Below are positions 19,966 through 30,653 of a DNA stretch of 64,000 nucleotides, piece after piece; positions within the stretch are counted from its first letter, which is position 1, and every line of letters begins with the position of its first letter. The notes below the pieces were generated by a model. It searched no databases. It saw only the letters and a list, made by a program, of their open reading frames with translations, and was not told the origin of the DNA. The DNA lies in contig MFDN01000001.1 in assembly GCA_001776935.1 (NCBI GenBank), forward strand, positions 229,449 to 293,448. Direction: 5' to 3'. Both the position numbers and the translations under genes were made by a program. This DNA is from Candidatus Daviesbacteria bacterium RIFCSPLOWO2_01_FULL_39_23. Its GTDB lineage: Bacteria; Patescibacteriota; Microgenomatia; Daviesbacterales; UBA10151.

Positions 19966-21138
19966 ATGTTAATCAAACCCGATGTTGCGCGTTTTGCAAA
20001 GATAAAAGTAATGGGCCTTGGCGGCGGTGGTTCAAATTCCTTAAATTCCATGATTTCATTGCAGCAAATTCAAGGCGTTGAATTTGTGTCTGTGAATACT
20101 GATGCCCAGGCACTAATGAATAATCAGTCCCCTACCAAAGTTCAAATCGGAGAGACTTTAACCCGCGGATTGGGTTCAGGAGGAGATCCGGAAGTGGGGA
20201 AACAGGCGGCTGAGGAGTCTGCGCAAAAATTGGAGGATGTTTTACAGGATGCTGACATGGTATTTTTAACAGCCGGAATGGGAGGGGGAACAGGAACAGG
20301 TTCTATCCCTGTTGTGGCAGGGGTTGCCAAATCTTTGGGCGCATTAACTGTGGCGGTTGTGACAAAACCTTTCTCTTTTGAAGGCACAAGAAGAATGGTG
20401 GTGGCTGAGGATGGAATTGAGAAGTTAAAAGATAAAGTGGATGCATTAATTGTTATTCCAAACCAGAGACTTTTGGAAACAGTTGAGAAAAATATGACTT
20501 TACAGGAGGCTTTTAAGCTGGCAGACTCGGTTTTAGGCCAGGGTGTTCAGGGAATTTCAGATCTTATTACAATGCCGGGACTTATTAATGTGGATTTTGC
20601 AGATGTAAAAACCATTATGTCTTCTGCAGGTTCAGCTTTGATGGGTATTGGTGTGGCCGGAGGGGAAAACAGAGCGGCAGCAGCAGCCAGGATGGCAATT
20701 GCATCGCCGCTTCTTGAGGTTTCCATTGAGGGAGCAAAAGGAGTGCTGTTTAATATTGTAGGCGGCGCTGATCTTTCTATGACAGAAGTAAATGAGGCGG
20801 CCCAGATTATAGCTCAGGCTGCAGATCCTGATGCAAACATTATTTTTGGTGCAACTATAAAAGAAGACCAGTTAGATCAGGTTAAAATTTCGGTTATTGC
20901 CACAGGCTTTGATGAAACAAGAAGAAGGCTTAGGGAATATATAGGAAATGGTATAGGTTCTGCATCCATGCCCCAGCAGCAGCAAAATTCCTGGAATAAT
21001 CAACCGGCACCTACGAATAATTCTCATACACAACAAGCTGTGTCTGAACCTGAGGAAGAGGAAAAAGAAGAGAGAGTCCAGGATGGGGAAGATGAGGAAG
21101 ATTTGGAAATCCCCGCATTTTTAAGGTCTAACCGCTAA
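19966..21138 (+). CDS. ftsZ: cell division protein FtsZ
   Basis: GGGTGTG tubulin signature and an acidic C-terminal tail. Confidence 0.9.
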   Translation: MLIKPDVARFAKIKVMGLGGGGSNSLNSMISLQQIQGVEFVSVNTDAQALMNNQSPTKVQIGETLTRGLGSGGDPEVGKQAAEESAQKLEDVLQDADMVFLTAGMGGGTGTGSIPVVAGVAKSLGALTVAVVTKPFSFEGTRRMVVAEDGIEKLKDKVDALIVIPNQRLLETVEKNMTLQEAFKLADSVLGQGVQGISDLITMPGLINVDFADVKTIMSSAGSALMGIGVAGGENRAAAAARMAIASPLLEVSIEGAKGVLFNIVGGADLSMTEVNEAAQIIAQAADPDANIIFGATIKEDQLDQVKISVIATGFDETRRRLREYIGNGIGSASMPQQQQNSWNNQPAPTNNSHTQQAVSEPEEEEKEERVQDGEDEEDLEIPAFLRSNR

Positions 21139-21416
21139 AATCCTGTTATAATTATTTTGTTAGTTCGTGACTCCGCCGTTATTTAATTTACTGTCGTTGA
21201 GCAGGTTTTCTTTGAAGTTGTCCCCGTCTGCTCGGGGTCCTGTCAGCTCGGTTTCCCGTCGTACGTCCTCACTTGCTAATGGCTCGCTGCGGTCATGCGC
21301 CGGGATTCCCTCCTCACTGCCGCCCCTCGCCCTCGCGGTAAAAGATGATTTTGCCAATTAAATTAAATGAATGCAGGTAGCCTCGAGTCTTCTATTCTGT
21401 TAAAATATCTAAAGTT
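21139..21416 (+). ncRNA. GC-rich structured leader/intergenic region upstream of ileS (candidate cis-regulatory RNA, class unknown)
   Basis: About 280 nt with markedly higher GC than its surroundings and many complementary segments (e.g. GAGCAG...CTGCTC, CCCCG-N6-CGGGG). No T-box consensus is present. Confidence 0.3.
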
Positions 21417-24221
21417 ATGGCTAAATTTAAACCGGTTTCTTCACAGGTCAATTTTGCCCAAAATGAAGAAGAGCTAATAAATTTCTGGAAAGAAAATAAA
21501 ATATTTGAAAAATCCCTTGAAAGCCGGCCGCAGGATAAGAAATGGACTTTTTTAGACGGACCTCCTTTTGTGACCGGCACTCCTCATTACGGATCACTTC
21601 TTTCAAGCATCCCAAAAGACGTATTCGGCAGATATTGGACAATGAAAGGATACCGGGTCAGGCGGGTTTGGGGATGGGACGGACACGGTTTGCCAATTGA
21701 AAATAAGGTTGAAAATAAGCTTAAAATTAAAAGGAAAAAAGACATTGAAGAAAGTGTTGGGGTAAAAAAATTTATTGAAGAGTGTTTGGGGTATGTGAAC
21801 CAGGTGTCGTCTGAGTGGGAATGGTACATTGACCATATCGGCAGGTGGGTTGATTTTAAAAATGCTTATAAAACGTGGGATCTGCCGTACATGGAGTCTG
21901 TCATGTGGGTGTTTAAGCAAATGTATGATAAGGACTTAATTTATAAAGGTTTACGGGTTTCCCTGTATTGTCCGCATTGTTCGACTCCGATTTCCAATTT
22001 TGAGGTGGCAATGGATGCTGATAATTACAAAGATATTTCTGAGCCCACGGCAGTTTTTAAGTATCCTTTAAAGGATGAAAAAAATACTTTTCTTTTGGCC
22101 TGGTCTACTACGCCATGGAATAAATTAGTTACACCTGCTTTGGCAATAAACCCTAAACTAAATTATGTAAAAGTTAAGCAGGGTGAGGAGTTTTATATTT
22201 TGGCAAAAGGTACATTAAAAATGCTTGACGGAAAATTTGAAAAAATTGAGGAATTTAGGGGCAAGAAATTATTAGGCAAAGAATTTATTCCTCACTACAA
22301 CTTTTACAAAATTAATCCTGGTAAAAAAGCATTCATTGTGGTGGGGGATGAGTTTGTTACGGAAGAGGAGGGTACGGGAGTTGTGACCCTGGCAGTTTAC
22401 GGAGAAGAAGATTTAAAGGTGATGCAAAGGGAAAATATACAGCTCGTGATGCATCTGGATGAGGAAGGCACAATTGAAGATTATGTCCCCAATTTTGGAG
22501 GACTTAACTATCTTGAGGCAAACGACAAAGTCCTGCAAGACCTAAATTCCCGGCGATTAATATATAAAACCGACAGCTACACTCACTCGGTGCCTTTTTG
22601 CTGGAGATGTGCAACCCGGCTTTATTATGCACCAAAAGATGCATGGTTTGTAAATATTCAAAAAATAAAACAGAGGCTGTTTAAAAATAATGAAGCCATA
22701 AATTGGTTTCCTAAGCATTTCAAATACGGAAGGTTTGCCAAAAGCATGGAAGCGGCGCCTGATTGGAATATTTCAAGAAACAGATACTGGGGGTCGCCTG
22801 TTCCGGTTTGGGAATGTGGATGCGGAGAAAGGTTTGTTCCCGGATCAATCAAAGAGCTTGAGGAATTATCGGGTAAAAAGATTACAAATTTACACAAACC
22901 GGATATTGATGAGGTTAAGATTAAATGTTCAAAATGCGGGCAAATTGCAAGCAGGGTTCCAGAGGTTTTGGATTCCTGGATTGAGGCGGGATCTGCATCT
23001 TTTGCAGAGAGACATTTCCCGTTTAAGGAAGGTGTAAAGCTGGAGGATTTTTTCCCTCCTGATTTTATTGCAGAATACACAGGACAAATCCGGGCCTGGT
23101 TTTATGTGCTGCATGTTTTGGGAACAGCCCTTTTTGACAGCCCTGCTTTTAAAAATGTTTTGGTGGAAGGGGTGATGCTGGGGATAGACGGCAGGAAAAT
23201 GAGTAAAAATTATAATAATTACCCGGATCCTAAAGGTTTGATGCAGCAGTATGGAGGAGATGCGTTAAGGCTTTACCTTTTGGGGTCTCCGATTATGAAA
23301 GGGGAGGATGTAAATTTTTCAAATGACGGAGTGCCGGAAGTGACCAGGGGATTTATGCTGATTTTATGGAACAGCTACAAATACTTTATTGATTATGCCA
23401 ACACTTTTGGATGGGAGAAAAGCGGTCCTGAGAATTTAAATATCTTGGACAGGTGGATTTTATCAAAGCTTGTAAAAGTTACGTCAGATGTGACAAAAAA
23501 CTATGAAAAATACGATACTTTTACAGTGGTAAAGCTCCTTAGGGAATTTATTGTTAATGATTTATCAACCTGGTACATCAGAAGATCAAGGGATAGAATA
23601 AGCGGTGAAAATGCGGCGGAAAGAAATACGGCTCTCAGTATATTGTATGAAGTTTTGGTTACTTATGCAAAGCTTTTGGCGCCCCTTGCCCCGTTTATAT
23701 CCGAGGAAATTTTTAGGAATTTGACCGGTGGGGAGTCAGTGCATCTTGCGGAATTTCCTAAGGAAGAAAAATCAGCACCGGATGAAGAATTAATAAGAGG
23801 CATGGTTTTAATAAGAAAAATTGCGGAGATGGGTCTTGCTAAAAGAAAAGAAGCAGGGATAAAGTTGAGACAGCCGCTTGCGCAGGTTTTATACAAATCA
23901 CCTGAAAGGTTAAGCGGGGAACTTGAGGTAATACTTGCGGCAGAACTTAATGTTAAAAAAGTTGGGTATGAAAAGTCATCAAAAGAAGAGCCCCAGGTGA
24001 TATTGGAAACAAGTCTTACTCAGGAGCTTAAGGAAGAAGGCGAGGCAAGGGATTTAATCAGGCAGATACAACAGCTGCGCAAGGAACAGGGTTTAACTTT
24101 GGCAGATAAGACAAAAATTATTACTCCTTCTTATCCCGATGCTTTTGAAAGTCAAATTTTGCAGGGGACGACCTCTGTTTCTATAGAAAAAGGTCCTGAG
24201 CTTAAAGTATCAAAGGTATAA
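21417..24221 (+). CDS. ileS: isoleucine--tRNA ligase
   Basis: HIGH-type motif (PHYGS), KMSKN, zinc-finger cysteines, and a 934-aa length. Confidence 0.9.
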   Translation: MAKFKPVSSQVNFAQNEEELINFWKENKIFEKSLESRPQDKKWTFLDGPPFVTGTPHYGSLLSSIPKDVFGRYWTMKGYRVRRVWGWDGHGLPIENKVENKLKIKRKKDIEESVGVKKFIEECLGYVNQVSSEWEWYIDHIGRWVDFKNAYKTWDLPYMESVMWVFKQMYDKDLIYKGLRVSLYCPHCSTPISNFEVAMDADNYKDISEPTAVFKYPLKDEKNTFLLAWSTTPWNKLVTPALAINPKLNYVKVKQGEEFYILAKGTLKMLDGKFEKIEEFRGKKLLGKEFIPHYNFYKINPGKKAFIVVGDEFVTEEEGTGVVTLAVYGEEDLKVMQRENIQLVMHLDEEGTIEDYVPNFGGLNYLEANDKVLQDLNSRRLIYKTDSYTHSVPFCWRCATRLYYAPKDAWFVNIQKIKQRLFKNNEAINWFPKHFKYGRFAKSMEAAPDWNISRNRYWGSPVPVWECGCGERFVPGSIKELEELSGKKITNLHKPDIDEVKIKCSKCGQIASRVPEVLDSWIEAGSASFAERHFPFKEGVKLEDFFPPDFIAEYTGQIRAWFYVLHVLGTALFDSPAFKNVLVEGVMLGIDGRKMSKNYNNYPDPKGLMQQYGGDALRLYLLGSPIMKGEDVNFSNDGVPEVTRGFMLILWNSYKYFIDYANTFGWEKSGPENLNILDRWILSKLVKVTSDVTKNYEKYDTFTVVKLLREFIVNDLSTWYIRRSRDRISGENAAERNTALSILYEVLVTYAKLLAPLAPFISEEIFRNLTGGESVHLAEFPKEEKSAPDEELIRGMVLIRKIAEMGLAKRKEAGIKLRQPLAQVLYKSPERLSGELEVILAAELNVKKVGYEKSSKEEPQVILETSLTQELKEEGEARDLIRQIQQLRKEQGLTLADKTKIITPSYPDAFESQILQGTTSVSIEKGPELKVSKV

Positions 24222-25267
24222 TGAACCTTCTAAAAATTGTTAATCTTCCTATTGTTTTAACAAGTTTTTTACTTGTTTCTATAGGCGTGCTGGTGATTTA
24301 TTCATCTTCTGCTGAGTTGGCTATCCAGCAAACTATTTTTACTTTTGCAGGATTGATTTTCTTTTTTTTGGTTTCACAAATAGAGCTTTCTTCAATCAGA
24401 AGCTTAATCAAGCCATTTTACATTTTTATTGCTTTTTTGTTGGTTGTTGTTTTAATTTTGGGTATTGAGACAAGGGGATCTTTGAGGTGGATCCCTCTTG
24501 GAATATTTAATGTTCAGCCCTCGGAATTTGCAAAACCTGCATTAATTTTACTTTTGGCAAAATTCTGGTCGGAGAAGCCTGCAACCTGGATTAATATTTT
24601 TAAAAGCCTGCTTTGGACTTCACCGGTGATGCTGTTGATTTTTAAGCAGCCGGATTTGGGATCAACTCTTACTATAACAGCTATTTGGCTTGGTATGCTG
24701 ATAGCGGCCCGCGTTTCTTTCAAAAAAATCATACTGCTTGCTTTGATTTTTCTTATGGTGATTCCTGTGGGCTGGATATTTTTGCAGCCTTATCAAAAAG
24801 AAAGGATTGTTTCTTTTTTGGCGCCGCAGTCTGATCCTTTAGGCAAGGGTTATAACGTAATCCAGTCAACAATTGCTGTTGGATCAGGTGAGCTGTTTGG
24901 CAGGGGACTTGGGAGGGGAACCCAGTCCAGGCTGCAGTTTTTACCGGAATTTCGAACTGATTTTATTTTTGCTTTTATTGCGGAAGAAATGGGATTTGTG
25001 GGTTCTATGCTGATACTGTCGCTTTATTTATTCTTGCTATTTTGTTGTTTAAAGCTTGCCTTCATGGCAGACAGCTCATTTAGCTTCCTTATTATATTAG
25101 GGGTAGTATCAATGTTTTTATTTCAGACTGTTGTTAATATCGGGATGAATATAGGGGTTTTGCCGATCACCGGAATTACTTTGCCGCTGATATCATACGG
25201 AGGCAGTTCCCTGGTGGCTACGCTGATATCGCTTGGGATGGTTGCATCTTGTGCTAAAAAAGGGTAA
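24221..25267 (+). CDS. rodA: SEDS-family protein (RodA/FtsW paralogue)
   Basis: Second FtsW/RodA-fold membrane protein (LPITGITLPLISYGGSS). Confidence 0.65.
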   Translation: MNLLKIVNLPIVLTSFLLVSIGVLVIYSSSAELAIQQTIFTFAGLIFFFLVSQIELSSIRSLIKPFYIFIAFLLVVVLILGIETRGSLRWIPLGIFNVQPSEFAKPALILLLAKFWSEKPATWINIFKSLLWTSPVMLLIFKQPDLGSTLTITAIWLGMLIAARVSFKKIILLALIFLMVIPVGWIFLQPYQKERIVSFLAPQSDPLGKGYNVIQSTIAVGSGELFGRGLGRGTQSRLQFLPEFRTDFIFAFIAEEMGFVGSMLILSLYLFLLFCCLKLAFMADSSFSFLIILGVVSMFLFQTVVNIGMNIGVLPITGITLPLISYGGSSLVATLISLGMVASCAKKG

Positions 25268-25277
25268 AATCATCAGC

Positions 25278-25628
25278 ATGTCAAACTACGCAATTTGCGA
25301 GATTTCGGGAAAGCAGTATAAAGTTGTTCCCGGTCAGAATTTAGAAGTGGATTTTTTGGGAGAAGAGGGAAAAGATCTTGAAGTGAATGTATTACTTTTA
25401 TCTGATGATGGTAAGTTGCAAATAGGCAGTCCTTTTTTGAAGGAAAAACTGACTTTAAAAAGAGTTGAAAACATTAAGGGTGAGAAGATCAGGGTTTCTA
25501 AATTTCATGCTAAAGCAAACTTCAGGAAGACAATTGGCTACAGATCTAAGCTTACAAAAGTGGTTTGGGATCTACCAGTTAAGAAAGCAGAAGTGAAGAA
25601 TGAAGCTAAAAAAAGCGTGAAAAGCTAA
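25278..25628 (+). CDS. rplU: 50S ribosomal protein L21
   Basis: YAICEISGKQYKVVPGQ matches L21. The ATG at 25278 is internal to the listed ORF, which begins with TTG. Confidence 0.8.
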   Translation: MSNYAICEISGKQYKVVPGQNLEVDFLGEEGKDLEVNVLLLSDDGKLQIGSPFLKEKLTLKRVENIKGEKIRVSKFHAKANFRKTIGYRSKLTKVVWDLPVKKAEVKNEAKKSVKS

Positions 25629-25715
25629 GCAGAATGTATTGACTTAATTTTTCACAGGGATTAATATTTAAAAACTAAATAAGAAAAAGGTTAGTTCAGA
25701 AAGGTCCAAAATAAA

Positions 25716-25961
25716 ATGGCACATAAAACAGGCGGAGGAAGCACCAGAAAAAATAGAGATTCAGTATCAAAGCGCTTGGGCGTTAAGCTTTTTGGCGGTC
25801 AAAAAGCAGAAGCCGGAAATATTATAATCCGCCAAAAAGGAAATAAGTTTTATCCCGGAACAGGCACAAAACAGGGAAATGATTTTACGATTTACTCTAT
25901 AATTTCAGGTAAAGTGGAATTCAAGAAAAAAGTAGGCAAAAAAATAGTTAGTATTGTTTAA
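25716..25961 (+). CDS. rpmA: 50S ribosomal protein L27
   Basis: MAHKTGGGSTRKNRDSVSKRLGVKLFGGQ. Confidence 0.9.
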   Translation: MAHKTGGGSTRKNRDSVSKRLGVKLFGGQKAEAGNIIIRQKGNKFYPGTGTKQGNDFTIYSIISGKVEFKKKVGKKIVSIV

Positions 25962-25976
25962 ATTAGTCCGCTATTT

Positions 25977-26828
25977 ATGGATGAGCAAATATACGAACTT
26001 GAGATAGATCTTCTACAGCCCAACCCTCTGCAGCCAAGAGGACTTATAAGTCCTGATTCGCTAGCAGAACTTGCGCATTCAATAAAAGCCCATGGAATAC
26101 TTGAGCCTTTAGTGGTTGCAAAAACACCTGCCGGATACCAGATAATCGCAGGCGAACGGAGATGGAGAGCTTCTAAAGTTGTTGGATTATCCAAAGTGCC
26201 GGTGATAATCCGCGAAACCAGTCCGCAGGGAATGCTGGAGATGGCTATTGTAGAAAACGTACAAAGGATTGACTTAAACCCCCTTGAGCGCGCACAGGCT
26301 TACAGAAGACTGATGGATGAGTTTAACATGACCAATCAGGAAATTTCCGAAAAAGTATCCAAAAGCCCCTCATACATTTCCAATACAATAAGACTGCTTA
26401 TTTTGCCTGATGCATTAAAAGATGCTTTAATGGCAGGGGCAACCTCAGAAGGTCATGCCAGGGCGCTGGCGGCTTTGGAAGATCCGCATTTGATCATTAA
26501 TGCATATAAAGATGTTCTAAAAAGAAATTTGTCTGTGAGGGGGACAGAGGAGCTGGTCCGCAGACTGAGGGTGGAGAAGGGGATCGGACCAAAAAAGCTG
26601 GCTGATGTGGATTCCATGCGTATTTTTTCAGAAGATATTGATAAGATGCAGGAAAATATTTCCAATGTTTTAGCGCGCCGGGCAGAAAAGTTTCATGTTA
26701 AATGTCAGTTAACCGGCAAAAGGGCAAGACTTGAGATGTTGATTGACGGTGATCCTGATAAAACCACTCCCCTTTTGGAAGACCTTCATCAGGCAATTGT
26801 GGGGTATTTTAATTTGAAGGAAAACTGA
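25977..26828 (+). CDS. parB: ParB/Spo0J-like partition protein
   Basis: LQPNPLQPRG box, GERRWRAS, and an HTH. Confidence 0.7.
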   Translation: MDEQIYELEIDLLQPNPLQPRGLISPDSLAELAHSIKAHGILEPLVVAKTPAGYQIIAGERRWRASKVVGLSKVPVIIRETSPQGMLEMAIVENVQRIDLNPLERAQAYRRLMDEFNMTNQEISEKVSKSPSYISNTIRLLILPDALKDALMAGATSEGHARALAALEDPHLIINAYKDVLKRNLSVRGTEELVRRLRVEKGIGPKKLADVDSMRIFSEDIDKMQENISNVLARRAEKFHVKCQLTGKRARLEMLIDGDPDKTTPLLEDLHQAIVGYFNLKEN

Positions 26829-26829
26829 G

Positions 26830-27435
26830 TTACTTATTGGTTAATAAGCCGACGTCCGGCACGGGGAAGTATCTGAAAAGCGCCCTGCCGACAATTTCTT
26901 CTTTTGTGACCGGTCCCCATTCCCTTGAATCGGATGAGTGTTCCCTATTGTCGCCGAAAGCAAAATATTGATTACTCCCCACTTTAACAGATGAGCCTTC
27001 TGTTAAAAAAGCGCCTGAATGAGTCGGGGTGCTGGGCGGCAGATATTTTTCTTCTAAGATTTTGCCGTTTACAAGCACATTGCCATTTGAAATTTCTACT
27101 GTGTCCCCCGGTACGGCAATTATTCTTTTTATAAAATCCTGGGATTCATTGCGGGGGTTTTTAAGTACAATAATTTCCCCGCTTTTTGGGGCTCTGAACC
27201 TGTAGCTTACTTTTTCGGTGACAAGATAATCGCCATTATGCATGGTGGGAACCATCGAATTTCCTGAGACCTTATGAAATTGAGCTACAAAAAGATAAAT
27301 ACTGGCAAAAATTGCCCCAAACACCACTAATGTTTCTATGAACTCAACTAAATATCCGCTTAAGCGTTCAAAGAACCCTTTTTGATTAGTATCTCCCAAA
27401 TATTGGTCGCTGGTGTAGGGGGTATTCGGATCCAT
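26830..27435 (-). CDS. lepB: signal peptidase I
   Basis: SGNSMVPTM catalytic Ser box and GDNREHSSDSR box. Confidence 0.85.
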   Translation of the reverse strand: MDPNTPYTSDQYLGDTNQKGFFERLSGYLVEFIETLVVFGAIFASIYLFVAQFHKVSGNSMVPTMHNGDYLVTEKVSYRFRAPKSGEIIVLKNPRNESQDFIKRIIAVPGDTVEISNGNVLVNGKILEEKYLPPSTPTHSGAFLTEGSSVKVGSNQYFAFGDNREHSSDSREWGPVTKEEIVGRALFRYFPVPDVGLLTNK

Positions 27436-27501
27436 AAGGCTGATTATCTCAAAGATTTAGGTTGTGAAGCAAGGGCTAGAATGCTAAAATGAGCATGATT
27501 A

Positions 27502-27575
27502 GGAGTTGTAGCTCAGTTGGCTAGAGCGCTTCGTTCACATCGAAGAGGTCACAGGTTCAAGTCCTGTCAACTCCA
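27502..27575 (+). tRNA. tRNA-Val (anticodon CAC)
   Basis: Acceptor stem GGAGTTG/CAACTCC, anticodon stem CTTCG/CGAAG with loop TTCACAT, and a TTCAAGT T-loop. CCA is not encoded. Confidence 0.85.
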
Positions 27576-27580
27576 CTTAA

Positions 27581-28690
27581 ATGAATAAAAATAACTTATG
27601 GTCAATTGCAGGGGGTTTGATTTTGGTGCTTGGTCTTATTTTCGGAATATACCTAACTAGGCAGGAAGCAATTCGGATTCCTCAGAAAAATTTGGCCACC
27701 CCCACAAACATACCGGTTGTAACTTCTACGCAAAACTTTCTTGAGCCGGCTAAAACTATAAAAGGGTGGAAAACTTTTTATGGATCTCATTTTTCACTAC
27801 AATATCCGCCTGATTGGGTTTTAAAAAATTATCTGGACGGACAAATTTATTTGACAAACGCTGAATTCAAAGAAACAGGAAATTATGTTTGCAGTCCTTC
27901 AGAATCAAGGGCTACTTTGGAAAGCCGTATTACACCAACAGAGAGAGGTTTAGGATTATATAAAGTAGTTACCGAGTCAGAATTTTATAATGTAAATAGT
28001 GAATTTTGGAATGTAGGAACAGGGGGTGGAGGAACTTCCGATATTACGATGAAAATATTACCGCTGGGAAATAAAAAGGCAGTTTTGAGAAATGTTCTCT
28101 GGACATCTGGATACGAATGTTGGACTAAACCAAGAATGGATTACATGAGCCTTCTTTATTTAGGAGGAAATGACGAAACAGAACAACTTATTTTGCGAGG
28201 TTACTATTATCCGGATGAAGGTTTCAAACAGATTATTGATACTATTCTTTCCACTATTAATTTTAATTTTGACGTAAAAGCTGTATCGCCTTCTTCTTTG
28301 CTAATACAGAATCAATGCACTAAATATTCAACATATGGTTATCCTCGAGCGTTATATAAATGTGGTAATTATTATTCATTATATCCATCAAGGACAGGAA
28401 CTGATGACCCGGTAGTATTATTAGATTCAAATGGTGATCCTGTTGCCGAGTGCAACCGGAAAAAAACTTTTTTCCAAATACAAAACCCCTTATGCGATAT
28501 AAAATGTGATGAAAATACTAATCTTTGCGATGGTATTGGTATTGATTGTCCCCGTACAGGAGATTATAAGGGAGACCTTTGTACATTAGAAAACCATTTC
28601 AGAATGGACTGTCTTACCGATACTCATTGCAGTAGCAAATACTTCTGTAATTATATTAAAGATTATTACTTGAGAAGTTTATGCCGTTAG
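27581..28690 (+). CDS. hypothetical exported Cys-rich protein
   Basis: N-terminal transmembrane/signal segment. The C-terminal 120 aa contain many Cys residues. Confidence 0.3.
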   Translation: MNKNNLWSIAGGLILVLGLIFGIYLTRQEAIRIPQKNLATPTNIPVVTSTQNFLEPAKTIKGWKTFYGSHFSLQYPPDWVLKNYLDGQIYLTNAEFKETGNYVCSPSESRATLESRITPTERGLGLYKVVTESEFYNVNSEFWNVGTGGGGTSDITMKILPLGNKKAVLRNVLWTSGYECWTKPRMDYMSLLYLGGNDETEQLILRGYYYPDEGFKQIIDTILSTINFNFDVKAVSPSSLLIQNQCTKYSTYGYPRALYKCGNYYSLYPSRTGTDDPVVLLDSNGDPVAECNRKKTFFQIQNPLCDIKCDENTNLCDGIGIDCPRTGDYKGDLCTLENHFRMDCLTDTHCSSKYFCNYIKDYYLRSLCR

Positions 28691-28731
28691 TTAATTAATT
28701 ATCTGAATTAAATTTCTGATACAATTGAGAT

Positions 28732-29961
28732 GTGAAGGCAATTTTAACGCAGGGTTTTTATGTTTTTTTTGCGCAAAGCATAACGCGGGTAATTGGTTTT
28801 TTTTATGTGATATTTTTGGCGCGCAACCTGGGGGTTTCTGATTTTGGACTTTTTAGCGTGGCTTTGGCATATTTTTCCATAATCTCGGGATTTGCAGATT
28901 TTGGTTTTAACAGGTTTTTAACCAGGGAAATTGCAAAAGATAAGCTTAAAGCTCCGGAAATTTTATGGACCGTGACGCTTTTGCGGTTAAGTTTAACATC
29001 GGTTTTATTTGCCGTGTTTTCACTTGTGTTATACGTGCAGGATCCCGATAAGGTCAGGGTTAGCCTGATACTTTTGGCAACTTTGGCAATTTTACCTCAG
29101 GCAGTTGCTTTAACTTTGGACGCGGTGTTTGCCGCATTTCAGAAACTGCAGTTTTCCGCTGTTGCGCTTTTTATATCCTCAATATCTACGGTTATTGCAG
29201 GATTTTTCTTAATAAGCAGGGGCTTTGGGACAATGGGGGCTGTGAATGCCTTAATTTTTGGGCAGTTTGTTTATATGATAGCTTTGATTTTATTTTTAAT
29301 AAAATATAAAGTTTTTAACTTTTCCAAAGTCAATTTTACTCAGGTTAAGGATGCAATAAAGGGGTCTTTGCCTTACGGACTTTTATCTGTTTTAGGGCTT
29401 GTATATTTTCGGATAGATACGGTTTTGCTTTCGTATTTGCGGGGCAATTTTGAAACAGGATTATACGGTGTTGGCTTTAGGTTTTTGGAGGCTGCAACTT
29501 TCGTACCGGCTGCTTTTTCCCTGGCGCTTTTTCCGGTGCTTGCCAGGATGCATGAGGGTGCAGGCGGGGATTTAAGAAAAATTTATTTTAAATCTTTTAA
29601 GATTATGCTTTTGATAGGGGTTTTTGCAGTATTGGGATATTTTTTAGTATTGCCGCGGATTATTGAGACACTTTTGCCAAATTATTCACAGTCAATTCCT
29701 GTAATTAAGATTTTGTCTTTGGCAATTCCTTTTATGTTTATTCATGCACCAGCTGTTTCTTTGCTTTTATCAACGGATAAATATTTAAAAGATGTTTTGA
29801 TTCTTTCGGTGCTGGCTGTTTCTTTTAATATTATTGCCAATTTGATATTTATCCCAAAATACGGACTGTTTGCCGCTGCATATGTTACTGTTCTTTCTGA
29901 AATTTTATCTTTTGTTGTATTTTTCCTGCTTATTAAAAAAAGGATTTTGGATAAAACTTAA
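28732..29961 (+). CDS. polysaccharide flippase (Wzx/MOP family)
   Basis: 409 aa polytopic membrane protein with a MOP-type N-terminus. Confidence 0.55.
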   Translation: MKAILTQGFYVFFAQSITRVIGFFYVIFLARNLGVSDFGLFSVALAYFSIISGFADFGFNRFLTREIAKDKLKAPEILWTVTLLRLSLTSVLFAVFSLVLYVQDPDKVRVSLILLATLAILPQAVALTLDAVFAAFQKLQFSAVALFISSISTVIAGFFLISRGFGTMGAVNALIFGQFVYMIALILFLIKYKVFNFSKVNFTQVKDAIKGSLPYGLLSVLGLVYFRIDTVLLSYLRGNFETGLYGVGFRFLEAATFVPAAFSLALFPVLARMHEGAGGDLRKIYFKSFKIMLLIGVFAVLGYFLVLPRIIETLLPNYSQSIPVIKILSLAIPFMFIHAPAVSLLLSTDKYLKDVLILSVLAVSFNIIANLIFIPKYGLFAAAYVTVLSEILSFVVFFLLIKKRILDKT

Positions 29962-30653
29962 TGAATGTCTACGAGGAAACTTTTAAGAAGTTTGGTTTTT
30001 CCCTAACGCAGCAGGAAATTTTAAGACTAGTGGGGGAGGGCAAAGCAGTTTTGGAGATTGGGGCATCCGCAGGCTATATGAGCAGGGCCTTTTTAAAAGC
30101 AGGATGCATACTTGACGTGGTGGAAAGGGATCAAAAAGCATCAGAAAAACTGCCAAAGGGGATTAGAAAAATATTTAACGAATCAATTGAAAACAAAACT
30201 GTTTTTACAAAGTTGGGAAAGTACGATTTTATAATCATGGCAGATGTTTTGGAGCATCTGGTTAATCCCTGTGAGGTTTTACAAAAGCTTTTGAAAACTG
30301 CATCTGCAAATACTGTACTTTTAATTTCATTGCCGAATGTTGCCTGCTGGGCTATGCGGAAGCAGTTGTTTTTTAATGGGGATTTCACCTATCAGGATAG
30401 CGGGCTTTTAGATAAGACCCATCTGCATTTTTATACTGTTAACAGCCTGCCTGAAATTTTAACAAAAAACGGCTGGAAGGCGCAGGAGATAAAGGGGACA
30501 ATCACCCGTTTGCCTTTTGAGGGGCTTATATCAAAAATTCCTGTCTTTGGGTTTATTTTTAAAAAGGTTTTTTATCAAAGACTGGTTAATGCTTTTAAGA
30601 ATTTATCTTATTATCATTTTCTGGTTGCTGCAATACCTAATGAAAAAAATTAA
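29961..30653 (+). CDS. class I SAM-dependent methyltransferase
   Basis: VLEIGASAGYMS (motif I) and IIMADVLEHL (motif II/III). Confidence 0.6.
   Translation: MNVYEETFKKFGFSLTQQEILRLVGEGKAVLEIGASAGYMSRAFLKAGCILDVVERDQKASEKLPKGIRKIFNESIENKTVFTKLGKYDFIIMADVLEHLVNPCEVLQKLLKTASANTVLLISLPNVACWAMRKQLFFNGDFTYQDSGLLDKTHLHFYTVNSLPEILTKNGWKAQEIKGTITRLPFEGLISKIPVFGFIFKKVFYQRLVNAFKNLSYYHFLVAAIPNEKN

Noticed and set aside
21160-21361. Two ~65-aa ORFs on opposite strands in the GC-rich ftsZ-ileS spacer
   Set aside because: They overlap each other, lack an RBS, and have Ala/Ser/Arg/Pro-rich composition expected from GC-rich non-coding DNA.
21139-21416. T-box riboswitch upstream of ileS
   Set aside because: No T-box consensus sequence and no obvious specifier or antiterminator arrangement. 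Kept only as a generic structured-leader candidate. SRP-RNA-like GGAA tetraloop motifs are also absent.
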